NCBI GenBank assembly: GCA_011620595.1
Contig: WOYX01000009.1
Coordinates: forward strand, 2,069 to 66,068
Reading direction: 5' to 3'
Source of the DNA: Bacteroidales bacterium
GTDB lineage: Bacteria > Bacteroidota > Bacteroidia > Bacteroidales > VadinHA17
Length of the DNA stretch: 64,000 nt
The translations under genes and the position numbers were made by a program. Below the pieces are notes generated by a model. The model saw nothing but the letters and a program-made list of their open reading frames with translations. It searched no databases and was not told the origin of the DNA. Shown piece by piece: positions 57,937 through 64,000 of the stretch. Positions within the stretch are counted from its first letter, which is position 1. The number at the start of each line of letters is the position of its first letter.

Positions 57937-59261
57937 AGATCTTCACCTGTTTTTTCAACACCTATCTCTCTTATCCTGCGCTTTTCCACTTTCTCAATGG
58001 TAAATCTGAAGCCCTCCGCGGTGATGACCCTTCCCCTGAGAGGTATCTCCTTCATAAGCTCAAGGAGAAGACCGGCCAGAGTCTCGGAGTCACCCCTGAT
58101 GTCGGAGAAGAGTCCGTCATTCGCGCCGGTGATCCTGTAGAAGTCGTTCAGCAGTATCTTTCCGTCGAATGTCCATTTCCCTTCACCTGTCTCCCTGTAA
58201 AGAGGCATCTCCTCGTCAGTCTCGTCGGTGATGTCACCCACTATCTCCTCAAGCACATCCTCAAGGGTGACGATGCCGCTTGTGCCCCCGTACTCATCGA
58301 CCACAATGGCCATGTGTATCTTCTTCTCCTGGAACTCCTTGAGCAATTCGCTGATCTTCTTTGTCTCAGGTATCATGTAGGGAGGCCTTATCAGGGTCTG
58401 CCACCTGAAGGTGTCAGGCTTGCCCAGGTGTGGCAGGAGATCCTTGACAAAGAGTATTCCCTTTACGTTGTCAAATGACCCCGAGTATACGGGAATGCGA
58501 GAGAATCCTGATTCAATCACCTCCGACATGACGGAGGTGAACCCCCTGGTAATGTCGAGGGCTGTCACGTCAATACGCGGGCACATCACCGCGCTGACGC
58601 TTATGTTCCCAAACCGCACAACTCCCTTCAGCAGTTCCCTGTCATCCTTTATCTCCGAGGAGGTGAGCTCCAGGGCAGTGGAGAGATCGCTGATGTCCAT
58701 GCTGCTGTTCCTGGGGCGCGATCTCTTTTTTACAAAAAAGGAGGAGAACGAGAGGGCAGAGGCCAGCGGACTGACTATCCGTGATGCCAGCGCCAGCGTG
58801 GGAGCCATGGTAAGTGCGAAGCTGAGCTGATTGCGTGATGCATAGACCTTGGGCATCACCTCACAGAAGAGCAGCAGCAGGAAGGTGATCACCACCACCT
58901 CGATGATGAATGAAAGAACAGGGTTGTTGCTCAGGTCAAAGAGCCGTGAACTGATAAATGCCGCGAGAATTATCAATGCGATGTTGATGATGTTGTTGGT
59001 CACCAGGATACTGCTCAGCAGCTTCTCAGGTCTGGAGAGCAGTTTCATGGCTGTCGATGCCCTCCTGCTCCTGCTGTGTTCCAGCTCCTCAATGTCAGTC
59101 GGCGTAAGCGAAAAATAAGCCACCTCCGATCCGGATACAAAGGCTGAGGCAATCATGAGCAGAATCAGCAGGACTATCTGCAGGGCCAGCGTAAAAATGC
59201 TTCCGGTGAAAGCCACAGGCGGCATGAAACCGCAAACAAAACCTGACACCAGTGTCTTCAA
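57933..59261 (-). CDS. gldE: Gliding motility-associated protein GldE (DUF21-CBS-CorC/HlyC family)
   Basis: 442 aa with an N-terminal 4-TM DUF21 domain, a CBS pair and a CorC_HlyC C-terminus. It is in synteny with gldD. Confidence 0.8.
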   Translation of the reverse strand: MKTLVSGFVCGFMPPVAFTGSIFTLALQIVLLILLMIASAFVSGSEVAYFSLTPTDIEELEHSRSRRASTAMKLLSRPEKLLSSILVTNNIINIALIILAAFISSRLFDLSNNPVLSFIIEVVVITFLLLLFCEVMPKVYASRNQLSFALTMAPTLALASRIVSPLASALSFSSFFVKKRSRPRNSSMDISDLSTALELTSSEIKDDRELLKGVVRFGNISVSAVMCPRIDVTALDITRGFTSVMSEVIESGFSRIPVYSGSFDNVKGILFVKDLLPHLGKPDTFRWQTLIRPPYMIPETKKISELLKEFQEKKIHMAIVVDEYGGTSGIVTLEDVLEEIVGDITDETDEEMPLYRETGEGKWTFDGKILLNDFYRITGANDGLFSDIRGDSETLAGLLLELMKEIPLRGRVITAEGFRFTIEKVEKRRIREIGVEKTGEDL

Positions 59262-59279
59262 AATCAGGGTTTTGGTTTA

Positions 59280-59744
59280 CTAGAAAGGAAGATCATCAGC
59301 AGGGTCACGGGTTGTGAGATCATCGCTGATCTCATCCCCGGACTGGGAGGGCTTGTTGTAACTGCCGGTGCCGCCCTGGCTGTTCTGTCCGCCTGACGAC
59401 TGCTGGTTTCCGCCATCGGGTTTGCGGCCGAGGAGTTGTATCACATCAGCCTCAACCTCAACGACATACCTCTTAACGCCCTCGCGGTCGTCATAGGAAC
59501 GGTAGCGTAGCTTGCCCTCAACGAGTATCTGGGAGCCTTTGTGGATATAGTTCTCAGCCAGATCCGCAAGCCTCCGCCATGCTACAATATTGTGCCATTC
59601 GGTTTGCGTAACCCTGTCGCCGCCCTTGGGAGTATAGGTCTCACTGGTGGCCAGGGAGAACGAAGCCTTGCTATTATTCTCAAAACGCCTGATCTCGGGA
59701 TCTTTCCCGACATTGCCAACAAGTATTACTTTATTGAATGACAT
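59280..59744 (-). CDS. ssb: Single-stranded DNA-binding protein
   Basis: 154 aa. MSFNKVILVGNVGKDPEIR is followed by a Gly/Gln-rich linker and an acidic tail ending DDLPF. Confidence 0.96.
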   Translation of the reverse strand: MSFNKVILVGNVGKDPEIRRFENNSKASFSLATSETYTPKGGDRVTQTEWHNIVAWRRLADLAENYIHKGSQILVEGKLRYRSYDDREGVKRYVVEVEADVIQLLGRKPDGGNQQSSGGQNSQGGTGSYNKPSQSGDEISDDLTTRDPADDLPF

Positions 59745-59953
59745 ATCTCTTATTATTTTATTTTTTGATGCAGATTGTAAAGTTACAAAAAAAATCAGAG
59801 GGTGAGCTTTGTCGCTGAAGAGAGCCCTTCCTGCAGACCCCGGGAAGGGTAAAGAATCGCCTGCTTTAGGGCGGCTGATTTTATAGATATCAAAAAATCA
59901 GCATTTTCGGAGCGAAAAAAATCTTTATCAATTATATTTGACAAATAATATTT

Positions 59954-59961
59954 TATATTTG
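59954..59961 (+). promoter_or_regulatory. -7 promoter box TATATTTG for the HU gene (a second copy lies at 59933-59940)
   Basis: Two exact TAnnTTTG matches lie 21 nt apart in the AT-rich spacer upstream of the ATG at 60017. Confidence 0.5.
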
Positions 59962-60016
59962 CACATTGAAAAAAACAGAACATCAAAATAATTTGTTGAA
60001 TCTAAATTCGTGCAAA

Positions 60017-60304
60017 ATGACAAAAGCAGACATTGTTAACGAAATTGCCAAGAACACCGGTATTGAGAAGGTGACCGTACAGAAGGCCGTTGAAGCTTTT
60101 ATGGAATCGGTGAAAGACTCCATGGTTGCCGGCAATAATGTGTATCTCAGGGGCTTTGGCAGCTTTATCGTAAAGAAACGTGCAAAGAAGACGGCCAGGA
60201 ACATCTCCAAGAATACCACGATTATTATTCCTGCACACAATATCCCGGCATTCAAGCCTGCCAAGACATTTGTGAACAAAGTCAAATCAAACGCTAAGAA
60301 GTAA
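60017..60304 (+). CDS. HU-family DNA-binding protein
   Basis: The internal ATG gives MTKADIVNEIAKNTGIEKVTVQKAVEAF...LRGFGSF...ARN...IPA, canonical for HU/IHF. Confidence 0.9.
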   Translation: MTKADIVNEIAKNTGIEKVTVQKAVEAFMESVKDSMVAGNNVYLRGFGSFIVKKRAKKTARNISKNTTIIIPAHNIPAFKPAKTFVNKVKSNAKK

Positions 60305-60308
60305 AACT

Positions 60309-60401
60309 ATGCCAAGCGGAAAGAAGAGAAAAAGGCATAAGATGGCGACGCACAAGCGCAAGAAGCGCTTGCGCAAAGACAGGCATAAGAAGAAGAAATA
60401 G
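60309..60401 (+). CDS. 30-aa highly basic peptide, bS22 / AURKAIP1-COX24-like small ribosomal protein candidate
   Basis: Not in the ORF track. ATG at 60309 to TAG at 60399-60401 gives MPSGKKRKRHKMATHKRKKRLRKDRHKKKK. It starts 5 nt after the HU stop. Confidence 0.6.
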   Translation: MPSGKKRKRHKMATHKRKKRLRKDRHKKKK

Positions 60402-60481
60402 CATATAATGCACAGTCTGTATTTTGAGACCTAACCTAAGAATCATCTGATTTTTAGGTTAGTTGCTATTAAAAAGGCTGT

Positions 60482-62062
60482 TTGCAAACAAACAAATTCC
60501 GGAATGTGAGCAAGGATTTAATAATCAGCGTAAGCGATTCTGAGATATCCATAGCACTTCTTGAGGAAAAGCAGCTTGTCGAGTTAAACAGGGAAAAGCG
60601 CAACGTCAAATTCTCCGTAGGAGATATTTACCTTGGAAAGGTAAAGAAGATAATGCCGGGACTGAATGCAGCGTTTGTCAATGTAGGTTTCGAAAAGGAT
60701 GCGTTTCTGCACTATCTGGATCTGGGGGCACAGTTTAAAACCCTTCATAAATATTATACTCAGGCCACTCAGGGGAAGTTGAGATCGACACCTGTGTCAA
60801 AGTTCAGGCCTGAGCCTGACATTGACAAGGACGGCAAGATTGCCGATGTGCTGACTGTAGGTCAGACAGTAATAGTTCAGATTACCAAGGAACCCATCTC
60901 AACCAAGGGTCCCAGGCTGGCATCGGAAGTGAGCATCGCGGGAAGAAACCTGGTGCTCATGCCCTTCGGCGACAAGGTGTCAGTATCATCCAAGATAGAG
61001 AACAACGATGAGCGCAATCGCCTCAGGATGCTTATACAGAGCATCAAGCCGAAAAACTATGGTGTCATTGTACGCACCGTGGCCGAGGGAAAGAAGGTTG
61101 CCGCCCTGGACGCAGAACTCAGGGAGCTGGTAAACAGATGGGAGACGGCTCTCTATGCCGTGCGCCGTGATGTCAAATCGCCCCGCCTGCTGTTGGGCGA
61201 GATGAACCGGACAACCACCATCCTCAGGGATATTCTCAGTACCGACTTCAACAGCATCATCGTTGATGATGAGGTGATAGCCGGCGAAGTAAGAAGCTAT
61301 ATCAGGGAGATAGCCCCTGAAAAGGAAAAGATAGTAAGGGTATACAGGGAGAAACTGCCGATCTTTGACTATTTTGGAGTCAGCAGGCAGATTAAGGGAC
61401 TCTTTGGCCGGACCATCTCCTTCAGGGGAGGGTCATACCTTATCATAGAGCACACCGAAGCACTCCACGTCATCGATGTCAACAGCGGCAACAGGTCAAA
61501 ATCAGGCACCGACCAGGAATCAAATGCCCTCTCGGTAAACATGGAGGCAGCCAGGGAGATCTCACGCCAGTTGCGACTGAGGGATATGGGGGGAATAATC
61601 GTCGTCGATTTCATCGACATGCTGTCAGGCGAAAACCGCCAGGCTCTCTTCGATAGAATGAAGGAGCTGATGAGCGAAGACAGGGCCAAACACAATATAC
61701 TTCCCCTCAGTAAGTTCGGATTGATGCAGATAACACGCCAGCGTGTCAGGCCCGAGATGAGCATCAGTACCGATGAGAAGTGCCCTGTTTGCAGAGGTGA
61801 GGGAAGAGTAGCCCCTCCGATACTGCTGACCGACGAGATAGAACGTACACTGTCCAGCATCATTGAGAAGGTCAAAACCCGCAGGTTTCTTCTGCGGACC
61901 CACCCGTTCGTTGCAGCTTACCTGAGAGAGGGTTTCTTCTCGGAGATAGGCAAGATAAACAAGAAATACGCCGTAAGCATAAAGGTACAACCACTACCAT
62001 CATACCATTTCCTCCAGTATGAGTTTTTCGACCGCGACGGCAATGAGATTGACCTGACCTGA
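60482..62062 (+). CDS. rng: Ribonuclease E/G family endoribonuclease (RNase G-like)
   Basis: 526 aa from the TTG at 60482; GTG at 60506 (MSKDLIISV) is an alternative start. It has an S1 domain (GDIYLGKVKKIMPGLNAAFVNVG), the catalytic core (HVIDVNSG...GGIIVVDFIDM) and a Zn-link (CPVCRGEG). Confidence 0.9.
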   Translation: MQTNKFRNVSKDLIISVSDSEISIALLEEKQLVELNREKRNVKFSVGDIYLGKVKKIMPGLNAAFVNVGFEKDAFLHYLDLGAQFKTLHKYYTQATQGKLRSTPVSKFRPEPDIDKDGKIADVLTVGQTVIVQITKEPISTKGPRLASEVSIAGRNLVLMPFGDKVSVSSKIENNDERNRLRMLIQSIKPKNYGVIVRTVAEGKKVAALDAELRELVNRWETALYAVRRDVKSPRLLLGEMNRTTTILRDILSTDFNSIIVDDEVIAGEVRSYIREIAPEKEKIVRVYREKLPIFDYFGVSRQIKGLFGRTISFRGGSYLIIEHTEALHVIDVNSGNRSKSGTDQESNALSVNMEAAREISRQLRLRDMGGIIVVDFIDMLSGENRQALFDRMKELMSEDRAKHNILPLSKFGLMQITRQRVRPEMSISTDEKCPVCRGEGRVAPPILLTDEIERTLSSIIEKVKTRRFLLRTHPFVAAYLREGFFSEIGKINKKYAVSIKVQPLPSYHFLQYEFFDRDGNEIDLT

Positions 62063-62092
62063 CCTTACGAATTTCCCGTTAATGAGATAATT

Positions 62093-62124
62093 GAAGGGAC
62101 CCGGATTACCGAATCCCTTTTTTT
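62093..62124 (+). terminator. Rho-independent terminator after rng
   Basis: The stem gaaggga / tcccttt (one G-U pair) has a 14-nt loop and is followed by a T-run. Confidence 0.7.
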
Positions 62125-62206
62125 GTGCTTTGACTGGCTGGCTGACGGCCTACAGATTGATGATCCGTCCCGATCCTGTACGGGTTTTGCGCAGATACCG
62201 AAAAAA

Positions 62207-63298
62207 TTATTTCTGAATAATCCGTATCTCCCCCCTGGTGGCATCTATTTTAATCCTGGCACGGCCCGGATCAGTACCTACTGAAGCCGTGGTCATGAAG
62301 ATCTTGTCCTCGGCACTGATCTCCGTTCTCTCAGGCTGCGGCTCGAAGCCGGGCAGTGAGACAAAGGCGTTTGTATGCTTTATCTCAAGATCACAGGACA
62401 ATCCGGCCCCCAGCGCAATGTCTGTGTCGGCATATGATGTCCGTAGGTCGATGAGCGTAAACTCCGGGGTTATCCTTTCAAAGGAGAGGTTGCCGTACTT
62501 GACGGACATATTGATCTCACCTGTGACCACTTCGGCTATGATGTCGCTGAAATGGCTGGTGCCGGTCAGCACCTCAACGGCGCCGATATTCAGGTCGTCG
62601 CGCTTTGAGTCCAGGTCGAGATGACCGCACCGGTCGATCCATACTTTGGATGATACTGAAGCCAGCCTGATATTTCCTGTCTCCCTTGACCTCAGTTCAC
62701 TGAAGGAGAGGGTCATTTTTCCCTCTGCAATGCTCCTCACGTTTGCCTTGCAGAAAGTGAGCTCCATCAGCTTTGCTTTTTCCACTGCCGCCGCATCGAG
62801 GTTGCCGTTTGAGAGCTTAAGTGTCAGCTCAGGGATCTCATCACCAATATAAACGTCTCCGTAACTGTTTGTCAGCCGCAGCTCGGTATGGGGAGGACAT
62901 TCGATATAGTAATCTATCTTAAGCCTGCTGTCAAAGTTTATCAGGTTTTTGGTCAGTCCCTTCAGGCTTTCGAAGAGAGGGGTTATCCCTTTCGTAAAGG
63001 ATGTCACTGCTCTGACTGTTTCACCGGCCATCGAGAAGTTGATCTCCACATCCGACATTATGGCGTCAAGCTTCTCTCCGGTGTTGGAGGAGGCTGTCAC
63101 CTCAGCCCTGATGGTAATCGAGTCGTTGAGCGAATGAGTGACATGAATGTCTCCGTACTTATTGGTTACCTCCAGGACAGCATCGTCACCTGCCCTAAAC
63201 GATTTCATCAGAGTCTTGGAGTCAGATATCTGCTGGCCCCGGAGGCTCACCACTGCGGGCAGCAGCAGCAATGCAGTGAGAAGGTTCCTATATTTCAT
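62207..63298 (-). CDS. Secreted beta-strand-repeat protein (DUF4097 / putative adhesin-like)
   Basis: 363 aa with a signal peptide and repeated ...GD(I/V)x(V/I) strand motifs. It overlaps the upstream anti-sigma-like gene by 11 nt. Confidence 0.55.
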   Translation of the reverse strand: MKYRNLLTALLLLPAVVSLRGQQISDSKTLMKSFRAGDDAVLEVTNKYGDIHVTHSLNDSITIRAEVTASSNTGEKLDAIMSDVEINFSMAGETVRAVTSFTKGITPLFESLKGLTKNLINFDSRLKIDYYIECPPHTELRLTNSYGDVYIGDEIPELTLKLSNGNLDAAAVEKAKLMELTFCKANVRSIAEGKMTLSFSELRSRETGNIRLASVSSKVWIDRCGHLDLDSKRDDLNIGAVEVLTGTSHFSDIIAEVVTGEINMSVKYGNLSFERITPEFTLIDLRTSYADTDIALGAGLSCDLEIKHTNAFVSLPGFEPQPERTEISAEDKIFMTTASVGTDPGRARIKIDATRGEIRIIQK

Positions 63299-63812
63299 CT
63301 GTTGGACTCTTACCTGGTTCTGTCTGATTCTCTTTCATCAGAAATAGCATATCTTCAAGAAGCTCTATCCTGAGCCTGTAATTTTTTATCAGCGCCTCCA
63401 CAACCTCGCTGCTGGCGATGTTGTCACTGAGGTCACTTATTATCTCTTCGGAGATACTGTCAAGCTCATCCATTCCGGCCGTAAGCTCCCTGCCGATCTC
63501 CGGGTTGGATGTCAGAAGAGGCTCAGCCTCCCGGTAGAGCGACTGTATCCGGCTGTCGTAGTATTGCCGGGTCTCTCTCACCTCCGTAACCTGCGGGTCA
63601 TTGAGATTTCCGGCCGCCCTGATGGCCGTCAGTATCGCTGCCGTGCAAAGAGCAGCGACGATTAGTGCCGCGGCAGCAGGCAACAAGTAGCTTTGCAGCG
63701 GTCTGCGCTCATGCGGCAGCTTCTCACCTATCCTGTTCCAGAGGCCGGGATCAGGGTCATGGATATCCATACCCTCCCTGTTGTTCAGTATGTGTCTCTC
63801 GAGCTTATCCAT
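63288..63812 (-). CDS. Putative anti-sigma factor (single-pass membrane protein)
   Basis: 174 aa with a TM (LLPAAAALIVAALCTAAILTAI). It overlaps the sigma gene stop by 8 nt. Confidence 0.55.
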   Translation of the reverse strand: MDKLERHILNNREGMDIHDPDPGLWNRIGEKLPHERRPLQSYLLPAAAALIVAALCTAAILTAIRAAGNLNDPQVTEVRETRQYYDSRIQSLYREAEPLLTSNPEIGRELTAGMDELDSISEEIISDLSDNIASSEVVEALIKNYRLRIELLEDMLFLMKENQTEPGKSPTDEI

Positions 63813-64000
63813 AACTCTTCATTTCAGCAAGTATATTTTTCAGTTTTTCCTTTGCCCTGGAATACTGTGTCTTGGAGGTCGACTCCGAGATCCCCAGTAT
63901 CTGTGCTATCTCTGTATGATCATATCCTTCAAGCAGGTAGAGACTAAATACCATCCTGTAACCGTCGGGAAGCTTCTCCACCGCCCTGGCTATCACCGAA
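63805..64000 (-). CDS. ECF RNA polymerase sigma factor (C-terminal part; start off-window)
   Basis: The reading frame is open to the window edge. The region 4 HTH is LPDGYRMVFSLYLLEGYDHTEIAQILGISESTSKTQYSRAKEKLK. Confidence 0.8.
   Translation of the reverse strand, partial: SVIARAVEKLPDGYRMVFSLYLLEGYDHTEIAQILGISESTSKTQYSRAKEKLKNILAEMKSYG

Overview
This is a Bacteroidota-type chromosomal segment. The evidence is TAnnTTTG -7 promoter boxes, gldD/gldE, a T9SS C-terminal sorting domain, and an str/S10/spc/alpha ribosomal superoperon without tuf or adk. About 22.8-40.8 kb is the conserved ribosomal-protein/secY/rpoA block, followed by eno, a UbiD-family decarboxylase, signalling genes, hisS, ychF, exported enzymes, gldDE, ssb, HU and RNase G. 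The accessory-looking part is 0-20 kb. It holds a TolC/MFP/RND efflux operon with a trailing P-II-like gene and a CnrYXH-like ECF sigma / LTXXQ periplasmic protein / membrane-protein module. It also holds a tightly packed 8-gene cluster at 7410-20134, which is my main candidate for an uncharacterised envelope-spanning system. That cluster encodes a membrane polyferredoxin fused to three HMA-like repeats, an ABC ATPase, a polytopic membrane protein, a bitopic periplasmic protein, a TonB-dependent receptor, an LTD-like lipoprotein, an orphan beta-barrel and a HEAT-repeat protein. A conserved ~85-nt inverted-repeat element with a 4-codon mini-ORF precedes both the P-II-like gene and this cluster. 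Other notable items are an EF-G paralog with degenerate GTPase motifs placed divergently next to the str operon, an unlisted 30-aa bS22-like ORF, and three ECF sigma modules. I recognised no tRNA, rRNA, CRISPR array, transposase or integrase. All family assignments come from reading motifs by eye; no database search was run.
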